A stretch of 63,553 nucleotides of DNA, filler included, from Collodictyon triciliatum (GCA_043381765.1; 15 parts of 15 records of this genome joined end to end with filler, not necessarily neighbours in it), one strand, 5' to 3'. Numbered from the whole stretch's first letter, positions 13,154-24,500 are shown. The notes: a model not told the origin generated them from the letters alone. Translations and numbers: made by a program.

Positions 13154-16100
13154 ATGGTTGTTCATCGCTGCCGCTGTCTGAACGTCTCGATCCACGTCGG
13201 GGATGACGTGCGTCAAATGACGGGGCAGCAAGTGCTCGAGGGCTCTTCAAAGTCGTCGCTCAGCTCGTCTATATCTTCAAACATGTCTGAGTTTGTAGTC
13301 GCCGAGGATCTCAGGGCCAAAGGGATCATGAAGAATGTGGGGCGAGCAAGTTTGGGAATCGGCGGGTTCAAAAAGGTTGGTAAATACAAACTTTTAAGAA
13401 AAGCATAGAGGAAGAGCATTAATAAATATAAACGATCCCCCGCCCCTTTCCTTTTTTTTTTTTTGGGCTATTATATTATTTATGAAATTAAATAGGTGCA
13501 TAAAAATTAAAATAAGGAAAACACGACCCTATCGAAGATTACATTCTATTCGCTATGATGCATATACACTTCTAGTAATCACGTAATCCGCACACACACA
13601 CACACACACACCATTCAACAGGAATACGAGGAGCTATCGTCGGTTCATCAATTGCCAAATGGCATTAAAATATATCGCTGTGATAATTGCTTTACAAATT
13701 TTATGGCAACATCGACGTCCCTTCCTACTGATATTGTGATGATAAACGCCGATCTCATCGTAAGATTTCTAGTTATGAATCAGTGTCCGTAATGTCTTCA
13801 TATTTATATCATCATACTCGGGATTTGTATTTATGGTGTATAGATGCAAAAGCAGATCCTTTAAGACTATACTTTACAAAGATAACGCAGTATGTAATAT
13901 ATCATTTTTCTTTTCGGGGAATCTAGGTAGGAAATGAAGCACACGAGGCCAGACTAACGCATGAAAAATACTCCAAGACTTTCCGAATAATTATTGACGA
14001 TCTAGATGTCTTAATGGAAGGTACTAATTTAATAAGTACAATTTGTCTTTTTATTTCTTTTCTTTTTTGTCTTTGGTATCTAATCTCTAAAAAATTGTTT
14101 CATATTAGCGGACTCAAATTATAGGATACCTAAAGGGATCGAATCACTGGAAAAGAAACTCCAAAGCCACATTGTCGAGAATGAAGCCATGGAGAAGAGA
14201 TTTATGCAAGATAGAGTGCAGTAGGGAATTTAAAACCTGCCAGACAAATTCCATATCTCTTGACCTCGCATGATTCATATACACTGTGAACTCGACACCC
14301 TTTTCTTTTTTTTCTTGAAATATTTATGTAAATACCAAAATACCGAAAAACTTTTTAATGTATGATTATATCACAATGTTCTTTTACCCATAGGGCATAC
14401 ACTCACAACCAGCAAATCCTCTTCAAAAAGTATCAGCTCAGTACTGCGCATCAGAGACAAATGCTAGTTGAAAGAATGTCCGACAAGAACAGAAAGCAGA
14501 TATCAGTGATCGGAACTCACAAACAGACCCTAACACTTTCTCTCCTCCCGAATGAAGCCGAAACAACACCAACTGCTTCATCTGGGGCATCATCGGGAAT
14601 CGGGTTTGTTCTGCCTCTTAATTCCTTCGCATGAAGGTTTAACTTGTCAACAAATTGTAGTGTCCATTCTTGAGCGAGTTTAAATGGATGTATGCGAACT
14701 CTGAAGGGCGGAGTCTAAAGAAAATAAAATAAAATAAAATAAAATAAAATAAAATAAAATAAAATAAAATAAAATAAAATAAAATAAAATAAAATAAAAT
14801 AAAATAAAAGTAAAGAAAAGTAAATAGCGTTCAGCCATCTTATATACCCACTATCCAAAGGGGCTAAGATTTAATTGATGCGACACTGTACCGTTTCTAT
14901 GTTATCTTTTTATTTTTATTTTTAACTAAACTCAGCATCTTACATATTAGACAAATACTATCTCTTCCTCTCACGCCATCGATCGGAGCAACAAAAAAGG
15001 TTTAATTTTTTTTTTTTTGTACTCTTTTGGCTGCCTCCAATTGCACACTAACAATTAACTTACTCTCATAATTTGCCATGGTACTTTGCATACACATCGA
15101 ACAAGCAGCTTCCTGGAGAAGAAAACACACCGAAGGTAAACAAATATCGAGGTTTATAATATGACTAACTAAATTAAAATCTTTCTAGACACATTCCTTC
15201 CTTCCTTCCTTCCTTCCTTCCTTCCTTCCTTCCTTCCTTCCTTCCTTCCTTCCTTCCTTCCTTCCTTCCTTCCTTCCTTCCTTCCTTCCACCTTTTCTTT
15301 TTTTCTTCTTTTCTTCTTCTTTTTTTCTTACAATTTGTTCTTTAACGCTTGAATTATGGACTGCAGCTGAAACCAGAGGAAAAGCCTGGGAAAAAGGGGT
15401 TGACCCAACCATCGAAAACACCGAGTTCATCCAGCAAAACTTCATCTTCGACAGGAACGAAGTCAATTCGCAGACCTAGTGCTTCTGAAAAACAAGAAAC
15501 AGGAAGTGGTATATACTAAAATTCCTTAAGTTATAACACCACATATAGCTAGACTTTATATTCCCCATAACTCTTTTTCCGTACATTCTCGCCTCATATA
15601 TATTTTTGTAAAGTATAATATATCTATCGCAGGAGATTACCAATGCAAGTCCTAATCGCACTATTTTTTTTTTGTCTGCAAGCTACACACAATATGAGGG
15701 CTAATTTCAAATATCACCATATTTTTTCTCACTTATTTCTTTTCATACATCAATAGTCTTCTCTTTCGAAGAAGAGCAAATCTTGGAGGACGAGATGCGT
15801 TCAAAAGGTCAGATATCAAAGTACGAAGAACACGAATACGAAGAGGAAGAAGCCGATATCCATCCCAAAAGTACTCAGACAAGAAAAGAAGCCAAACCAA
15901 CAACAACGTCATTATCTAGCCATTATGCAAAGTCGCTTGGTTCATCAACATCGACTCCTCTCGGTACTTCCGTGCCCATCTCGATTCCACCAACGTACGT
16001 CGCCCGTACAATGCATCTTTATTTTTCTGTTCTCCTACCATACTCTCGTCACACACCCCAGATGTGACATCGCCCTACGTTACCTTGTTTTAAATCACAT

Positions 16101-16469
16101 TTGTTTCATCCTGCAATAGTGGCAAAGCGTGGGACCGTGACAGAGAGGAGGATGAGGATGAAGAGGAACAACAAGAGGGAGAGGAGGTAAACATTACCTA
16201 TACATCTATACTACAATTTTAAACAACTAAATAAAAAAATAGAAAGAAAAAAGGGAAAGAAAAAAATGAAAACAAATGTGACAGCCTCTGGCGGTATCAC
16301 AACGAAAGCTTCACACTGTTTAGTGAGATTATTTGATTGCCCTCCATCTTCCACCATCTTCCTTCCTTTTTCCTCAACATAGCGTCTGATGCCACACCAA
16401 ATCGCGGCGTCGATGTTCGAGTACTCTTCTTCGTTCGACTCGTCGAGACGAAACACGACAAACATATGA
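13154..16469 (+). CDS. PRAS40/AKT1S1 (Lobe)-like putative TORC1 regulator, 12 exons
   Basis: Approximate exons 13154-13375, 13622-13759, 13927-14020, 14109-14220, 14394-14602, 14951-14999, 15109-15135, 15368-15509, 15757-15994, 16120-16186, 16383-16469 splice in frame (11 resolved here; one boundary set may hide a further small exon). Motifs: CRCLNV, VFSFEEE, HYAKSL, TSVPISIP, PHQIAASM, RRNTT. Confidence 0.7.
15195..15289. repeat. (TTCC)n microsatellite, intronic
   Basis: Perfect tetramer run. (AAAAT)n at 14721-14809 lies in another intron of the same gene. Confidence 0.98.
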
Positions 16470-17055
16470 GGAGAACCACACCCGCCAGCCGCGAGCAAAG
16501 CGGCAGCCCGAAAGTCGGGCGAGGAGCAACCGTTGGTACTCTCCCGTCTTTTGTTGCGCAACGAAAGGCCAGGAGGCCGCTCTTTGCCAGCCTGGAACTT
16601 GCAAGTCTCGTCCTGGCGTCCTTCTTGTTGCCCTCCTTTTGCCCTCCCCCGATTCTATTCCTTCCTTCCTTCCTTCTTTCCTTCCTTCCTTTCCTTTCCC
16701 TCTTCCTTTCCTTTCCCTCTTCCTTTCCTTTCCCTCTTCGCCAACACCATTAATGAGTACGTCGTGTAGAAAGCACACATCCGACAATTTTCCTTCTCAC
16801 TTTTTGCGGACACAAACACCCCCTTCAACATCTCCTCTCGAACCTGAATCCTGTAACGAAACCCTCCAGCAACATAAAAAAAAAACAAACAAAAAAACAA
16901 GTGAATAAACGAAAAGAAAATAAAAAAAAAAAAAAATAAAGAAACAAACAAAAAANNNNNNNNNNNNNNNNNNNNNNNNNNNNNNNNNNNNNNNNNNNNT
17001 TAATTAATTAANNNNNNNNNNNNNNNNNNNNNNNNNNNNNNNNNNNNNNNNNNNN

Positions 17056-17430
17056 ATTTTGTATTGCTGTCTCTTTGTTGTGATGAAGGTGCGGCATATG
17101 CTCTCCAGTGTGTCGAGATGCTTTTGTGGTAGGTGAGAGCCCTTCATGTTGTGGGTGAGGGTCGATAGCATGAGTTGGTTTATAGCCTCGCTTTTCCAAT
17201 GTCTGAAAGATGGAATCTTTTCCAAGAGGCGGTTACGGACTTGATATTGTTGACCAGCTTGTCCCACTTTTCTGTGCAGCTGCTCCCAAACATTATACCC
17301 AGGTATCTGAGTGCGTGGTTTGGGTATTTCCGGTCGATGTTTTCTGGTAGGATTCCGCCATCCTGTAGGCCGAATAGGATATCGTCTGTTTTGTTGAAGT
17401 TGATTTTACCTCCGACTGCAAGTGTGTATT
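17056..17430 (-). mobile_element. Degenerate non-LTR retrotransposon fragment (L1/Tx1-like RT thumb region)
   Basis: Across two frameshifts it reads YTLAVGGKINFNKT...LRYLGIMFG...KWDKLVNNIKSVTASWKRFHLSDIGK...INQLMLSTL...LPQKHLDTLESICRTFI. This follows the L1/Tx1 pattern G.KIN..K, YLG, W...LS..GK...IN.L..S. The segment is intronless. Confidence 0.8.
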
Positions 17431-17738
17431 CTTACATGTACCAATTTTCTAAAACAGCGCTTCGTGGTGTAACTAAATTAAAGCGCTCTATACTACTTTT
17501 TTCTTTAATGTGACATACATCATCAGCATATATGTCTTAAAGACCAATTCTTTTATTATTAATGATAATTAGGAAATGTTTCTGTTTGGCGCATAGATAA
17601 TCAAGAACAAAACAAATACACTTGTAAATTAAAAAAAAGCAATGAAAGGGAGGTATGCAAAAAAAAGTGATGAAGCGGAGTGAGTTTCTTAAAAGATGAA
17701 TTGTAAAGACTATTGCTCGAAAGCATCGATGCTATGAA

Positions 17739-17975
17739 CTATAAGATGGCGCATGGACCCTTACAACTTTGAGGCATATCTTCGGCGAGTGTATCAGATA
17801 TGCTTGGGGTCTTAATGAGGTGAGAATTCGGGTCCAAAAGTATGGCAAACATCTGACGGAACACTTCAATTACTTTTTCATTGAACTTGGCAGAAGTTTC
17901 AAAATGCTGTATATGCCCCTTTTTTGTCCCCTCGCAAACATTAGGTTCAAAAGGGAATCTTGAGCGCAAATCTAA

Positions 17976-18034
<59 letters not shown>

Positions 18035-19346
18035 AAGAATGTTTATTTTGAGTCTAAGCATATTTGACAGGTGAATATGAGTAGAAAAACTGTCCAAACT
18101 GGTTGTTTGTTTGTTTGTTTGTTTGTTTGTTTGTTTGTTTGTTTGTTTGTTTGTTTGTTTGTTTGTTTGTTTGTTTGTTTGTTTGTTTGTTTGTTTGTTT
18201 GTTTGTTTGTTTTTGTAAAGAAACAGGGTGTAAATATGGTATTCGAGTGTGAGAAACTAACCACATTTGTTCCTTAGAAGAAAAACAGTGACAGGGGGCT
18301 CTCCATCTTGTCTCTTTGGGTCATAATTATGTGTGGAATAGACGCAATCAACCACCTCTAGAGCCTACAATTGTTTGCAAGTAAAAAAATAAAATAATCG
18401 TTTTTGGTTAAGTTGGAGGTAGAGTTTGACAGTTAGCAATTCATGAAGGGTGAACCGAGGTTCGAGATCAATTAAATAGAAAGTTACAAACATGCTCTGT
18501 AAATCCGAATAAGTGTGATGATAAAAAAAAATACTAATTGTATATAGGGGACAAGGAATGGTGGGGATTTATCTGACTATCCATTATTATTTTTTCTACT
18601 ACGACATTCTATCTCGATGAAGCATACATGTGCGAGTGTCTTTGGATTGGTCGCATCGTAGCACACTATAAATCCCGTCTTTGTTGGGTCTCTTGGCTGT
18701 AAAAGCGGGGTATTCTCTGTACGAAAAGTTGTCTTTCAACTCTAAAACCTTATGACTTCGAAATGAAAGAATTTCACAGGCGCCATAGTTTTCAAAACTA
18801 CTATTTTTTTATTTAACTTAACTCTTCCTTCTGTATTTATTTTTATTTCTTTTTTAACTATTCTTTTCATTTGTTTTTTTTCTTCATTGATATATTATTT
18901 ATCTATTTGTTTATCTATTTATATTTATATTTCCTTTATTTCTTTTCAACTCTCACAAAAAAAAAAAAACATAAAAACATAAAAACAAAAGAACATAAAA
19001 AGGAAGAAAATCCCTATGTATCACGCTCTGTGAAACCTTGGATCTTGCTCTTTGTGACCTCGAGAGAGAGGCGATGATGGTGATGGACGATCTCCGCATA
19101 AGACGTGGTGTTTGAGCCTTGGGAATCCTCCACAACAACCTTGTGCGAGCGACCAAGGTGAAAGAAGCGGGTGATATACTCCTGAGAGCCGATGGTGGGA
19201 ACATGGTTGGCTTCGATCTGGTGGGACACGTACTGCTGACAAAGCGAGGTTTTGCCGACTCCGCTGTGGCCAAGAAGCACGACCCGGGGAAGACTTTCGG
19301 TTGACATAGCGCCTGAAGATAGTGCTTTGCCTTTGAAGAGATTCAT
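17739..19346 (-). CDS. Atypical Ras-superfamily small GTPase with CaaX (4 exons)
   Basis: G1 GHSGVGKT, G2 PTI, G3 DSQG, GFIVCYD, G4 NKCD, G5 ETSAK, C-terminal CAIL-stop. Exons about 19346-19037, 18716-18628, 18364-18262, 17972-17739. Confidence 0.9.
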
Positions 19347-19812
19347 GCATTGTTCATATTTAAGTGATTTTGGGCCCTTCTCTGACTCCCTTTGCGTTGT
19401 TTATGTCTTTGTTGCTGTTGTCTTCGTCTCCTGCTGGATTCTTCTGTTTGCGAGACTCATACGACAACAAGGAAATGTCATGATCGGCTGATGGATAACA
19501 TCTCTCGTAAATGAATGACCAAATAAATAAGACGGAGTGCTTTTGGGTTGGGATTCTCGCCTGTCAATGGGAATGTCAAGCTCTGATATCGTTTTCATCG
19601 CCCACGGCCTCTGAAAGGCCGAATACCTTTGTCATGATATGCATCTTTGCTTCTAATACCGCATATGCTGTGAGACAACCGAGAAGAAGGGGATGGCAGG
19701 AGACCCACGCTGTGAAAAAGCCCAAAGAGAAAGGCCCACAAAACAATCATTATATTTTTGAAAAAGGGAAGATGAGATGACAAGAGAAGAGAAGTAGGGT
19801 CTGCATGATTAA

Positions 19813-20937
19813 TCATTTTGCCTTTTTATCAGAGGGATTGACGGCGGATGGCCAGCCAAAAGTCCAGTTGACACTGACACGGGCAACAGGCTGTGCATCG
19901 GGAGTCTTTCGGGCTGCAGCATAGACTTCGCATTCCACAACGGCGTCTGAGATGGGCAGACGCATTTCGGGTTGTGCAGCAACATCGCGCAGGTGTTCCA
20001 TCCACTCCGGAGGGCACGATGCGACTACAACGAGAGTCCCGCGGGCCTTTTGGGTATAGTTTGCCTTGAGCGATGTGACGATGGCACGAGGGCGCAGCGC
20101 GTTTGCTACACGATTGATATCATTCAATGACTCAATCACATATATCTTGAATGAAGTAATAGAACAACAATCATCTCTCAACACCATACCATCAGTTGGG
20201 AAGAGATCCTGAACTGCTGTAAGAACAGCAAGTCCCGAACACATTTCAGCAGCGTTTGCTTGGGCAAGAGCGTGAACGGAGCTGAAAGGATTTTGCAAGG
20301 CCCAAAGCCCGCCGGGGACTTCAGCAGCTGCAAACCCAGGCTGCAGATGCCGGACCACAGAGCACACAGAACCCGAGTACGGCGCAGCAAAGTCGACGAG
20401 GCGAGAGAACAAATGTCCGCCGTCTGTGACTGGCGCAAGACTTTGCAGTGATGGGCGCAGCATCAGCCGAGTCACCTCAGGTTTTGCCCCACGCACAGAT
20501 AATTTGAGCGGTGATGATGGCAACGACAATAAGGATGACGATAGTGGAGCAGGTGACAATAAGGATGAGGATGCAGATGAAGGCGTCTGGGCGGCTGCCG
20601 ATAAGGATGCCGATGCCATCGGCGGCAGGGAGATAGATGAGGACGAAGACAGCGGAACAGAGGAGGACGAGGATGAAGATGCAGATGAAGACGTCTGGGC
20701 GGTTGCATCCAAGGCCTTGGGAAGTCCGTGGCAGGCCAACCAAAGCTCATGCAACCCGTCTGCAGAATTGAGGGCCCGCGATATCGGCGAAACCACCGGC
20801 CATACGCCCACACGGACAAGTCCGCGCATGCTCCGTGCAAGGCTCAGGGCCCGTGTCACTTGCAGTCCGATCGTGGGGCCGAGCACAACACCGCACAGCC
20901 CGAGACACACTGCAGTCACTTCCAGGGCTCCGATCAT
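19813..20937 (-). CDS. Hotdog-fold thioesterase (DUF4442/PaaI-like) with N-terminal hydrophobic segment and Ser-rich linker
   Basis: FSRLVDFAAPYSGSV...LQPGFA...NPFSSVHALAQANAAEMCSGLAVL...RAIVTSLKANYTQKARGTL resembles DUF4442-type hotdog domains. There is a probable 84-nt intron at 20189-20106. Confidence 0.8.
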   Translation of the reverse strand: MIGALEVTAVCLGLCGVVLGPTIGLQVTRALSLARSMRGLVRVGVWPVVSPISRALNSADGLHELWLACHGLPKALDATAQTSSSASSSSSSSVPLSSSSSISLPPMASASLSAAAQTPSSASSSLLSPAPLSSSLLSLPSSPLKLSVRGAKPEVTRLMLRPSLQSLAPVTDGGHLFSRLVDFAAPYSGSVCSVVRHLQPGFAAAEVPGGLWALQNPFSSVHALAQANAAEMCSGLAVLTAVQDLFPTDGMVLRDDCCSITSFKIYVIESLNDINRVANALRPRAIVTSLKANYTQKARGTLVVVASCPPEWMEHLRDVAAQPEMRLPISDAVVECEVYAAARKTPDAQPVARVSVNWTFGWPSAVNPSDKKAK

Positions 20938-21599
20938 GGCGGCTGGTCGAGATCTGGATATAAGTATGTTTTTTTGTTTTTTGTTTTTTTGCTTTGTTCT
21001 TTTTTGTTCTTTTTTGTTTTTGTTTGTTTTTTGTTTGTTTTTTGTTTGTTTTTTGTTGTTTTTTGTTGTTTTTTGTTGTTTTTTGTTGTTTTTTGTTGTT
21101 TTTTGTTTGTTTTTTGTTTGTTTTTTGTTTGTTTTTTGTTTGTTTTTTGTTTGTTTTTTGTTTGTTTTTTTGTTTTTTGTTTTTTTTTTTTTTTTTNNNN
21201 NNNNNNNNNNNNNNNNNNNNNNNNNNNNNNNNNNNNNNNNTTAATTAATTAANNNNNNNNNNNNNNNNNNNNNNNNNNNNNNNNNNNNNNNNNNNNAACA
21301 AACAAAAAACAAACAAAAAACAAACAAAAAACAAACAAAAAACAAACAAAAAACAAACAAAAAACAAACAAAAAACAAACAAAAAACAAACAAAACACAA
21401 ACAAAACACAAACAAAACACAAACAAAACACAAACAAAACACAAACAAAACACAAACAAAACACAAACAAAAAACAAAAAACAAAAAACAAAAAACAAAA
21501 AACAAAAAACAAAAACAAAAAACAAAAAACAAAAAACAAAAAACAAAAAACAAAAAAAATACAAAAACAAAAAACAAACACAAATATTCAGTCATGAAA

Positions 21600-24500
21600 C
21601 ACAATTGTTGAAGCCGTATCTCGAATGGAATTTATAATTCAAATCCATCTTGGCCAGCATCTCCACCATCCTGCACAAAATTGAAGGGAAGAATAAAAAA
21701 AATAATTCAAATCCATCTCAAAACTAGGCTGAACGAAGCGACACTGAAATTAGAGGACACAACAGAGGAGATCAAAGTATAACTCATAGACTATAACTAA
21801 TAACAATTAGCTCTGTATTCAAATGCACAGACAAGGGCAGTTAATTCGGCAACTCATAATTTTCATTTTACCACAGGAGAGAAACGAATTCGCCTCTTTA
21901 CTGCTTCGACAACTTTCTACGTATTCACACAAATCTGAACAACCTTATCAATCAAAGTATATATTATCTCCGCACGACCTTACCTGAACTTTTGCTACTT
22001 TAGTGTAGTTTACAAAATCAATGACCTTCCGTTTTGTGTGCTATATCATGAAACGCCCTAATTGACATACATACATATCACGTTCAATACGTGTCATAGT
22101 GTATCAGAAGCTAACAGCTGGCCTGTTTTGCAAGTTCTCATTAAAGAAAATGTCAGCCAATTAATATCACAAGTGGAGAAACTTTCATCACAGGTTCAAT
22201 CCCACTCCCATATCTATATCTCAACACACACAGCCAGGCCAGCTATGGTGCACATCATGTATTTTATTTCCTATTATTACTTTATATCAATATCAAACGC
22301 ACGTTATTTTTCGGGATTATTTATCACATAAACTCAAAATCAGTTGGTTGAGCACAAAAGTGAAATTCAGCGAAGGGACGAAATATACCGCGAAGTTACA
22401 AAGCAACTCGAAAGAACTCACGAGCAGGTCTGCTTGTATCGATTTGAAAGCAACACAATAGTTCATATTACTCCCTTCAATTGTGGTATCCACGTTTTAT
22501 CACACATGTATCTTTTTCTATATTCTCTTCATTTTGTAAATAAAATGTCATACTCGGCTTATAAAATTTGGGCAATATCTTTATTATCTCACCGATTAAC
22601 CTATCGCTCAGATATACTGACTCCTTCACTTATAGACTAGAGAAATGCAAGAGAATTTACACCAAAAGCACGCCGAGCAAATAGCGGAGATATCACAAGA
22701 ATCTGATACTGTCGCAGAAGTATATGGCACCATTATGAAAGGATAAATAAATCAAAGAGAATAATTGCCCTGATCACTTATTAACTTCTTTCCTTTCCTT
22801 TTCTTCTTTCATTCTTTTATTTGTTCTTGTCGCTGCAAATAATCAACAATGCATGAATGTTTTCAGAACCTTCGACGACAAATTCGCGAGTCCGATGAGC
22901 AAATATCAGTCCTGCAGCAGCAGTTAGAAGAAATTACTTTGCAAGTGAACCAGCAACACGAATATATGACCTCAACCGACGAAGACTTCAAACTTTTTCA
23001 GAGGGTTTTTTTTTATTGTCTATTTACATAAATCAAACTACACATCATATTACAGTTTTTTTTTATGGCAGCCCATAATCCCTCATGCTAGTATGTATTT
23101 CCACCCTTTCATCTATTCCATTGTTTTTCATCTTTTAGGCATTGTTTCTAGCCCTTCGTGGATTGAAGTCGAATGACATTAGAATCAAGGAATTAGTCCT
23201 TCAGAAAAAATTTGTTGCGAGTCGCCTCACCTTATTAGAAAAGATGCGCAAGGATTTGGCGGACTTAAGTCACGCTATGATTGGGGAATTTCGAAATGAA
23301 CCTGCAAATATTCGAAACCGAGAGTCGAGAAAATCATTACGGGGTGAATTTCCATCATCTGTTTATGTCATAGTTAACCGCCCCTATATCTTGAGTTTTC
23401 ATAGTGAAAATTTTATTGGTTTGAATTAGTTTTGCATTTAATTGATATTTTTTTTGGATATAATGTGGCTAATGGTAGCCGATGGTTATTTTGGTTAACT
23501 TTAAGTTCATTAATAATTTTATAATATAGTTATTGCAATCACCGTATTGGCGGCGTTGCGTATGAGCCGTTTCACCAAAGTACCACAATGCGGACCATCA
23601 TCAACTTTTGGATCTGAACGAGTTCATGTCTGTTCTCTGGATGATATATATGTCCCAAACAGTATGGCCATGCGATTACGTTACAATTACATGATTGATT
23701 TAAATTCTTTGGATCGAATAAAAGAAAAAATGAAAAGTTTCAAATCTTCAACACCATCCAAGAAAAGATTAAGCGAAAAAACTGTGTCATATACTTATTA
23801 TTCTACTTAAAAAAAGGAGAAGAAAAATAATAACCAAAAATAACCATGTTGATTGCATGCAGCCATCAACGAGACAATTGAAACTCTTCAGATTGGCTTG
23901 CAAACACATAATTCGGATGCAAAATGCCTGTCCATACTTCGTAGCAAATTCGAACCATCATTTGGACAAAGCGAAAAATACCTGTCCAGGTCGTTGCTAT
24001 TTTGGATTCACCGACAGGTATCTCATTTTCTCGCATGTTTGGCCAATGAATCCTTTTTTTTTCTTCAAAATTTACTATTCAACATGTACTCTTCTGTGCG
24101 ATGCGATTCGATTCATATATTTCTATCCTCCATCGTGTTTTCTATACACAGCAACCGCGGGGTATGAAGGCTTCGAGGCACATCTCCGTCGATAAATCGA
24201 TTGCTTTGATAAGAAAAACAACGCTTCAAATCTCAAAAAATTGCAGAGACTTGGAAAATGACAGGAACGTTCTTTTGGTGCAGCTAGAAACTATTGATAA
24301 GCAGAACAGTGGGTAAGAATCTCTATTTTCTTCCCTTCCTGAATTTGTAATCCCTTACCATAATAATGATTCGATGAAACGTCTAAAGTGTGAATATCGG
24401 AGCATTTTGCAGAGGATTGTTCACTGCAATATTTTCTCCAAATAAATTACTTATGTGAATTCATTATCGCGCAGCCTGGTTAGTAAGTTGCAAGAGTATG

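Noticed and set aside
13863-13875. AAGACTATACTTT matches the 5' end of U3 snoRNA
   Set aside because: Box A (GGATCATTTC) and the downstream boxes do not follow, and only about 60 nt remain before the next exon. Chance match.
20426-21244. 272-aa acidic ORF antisense to the thioesterase
   Set aside because: It is a shadow of the GC-rich Ser-repeat coding strand, has no ATG start, and runs into a microsatellite.
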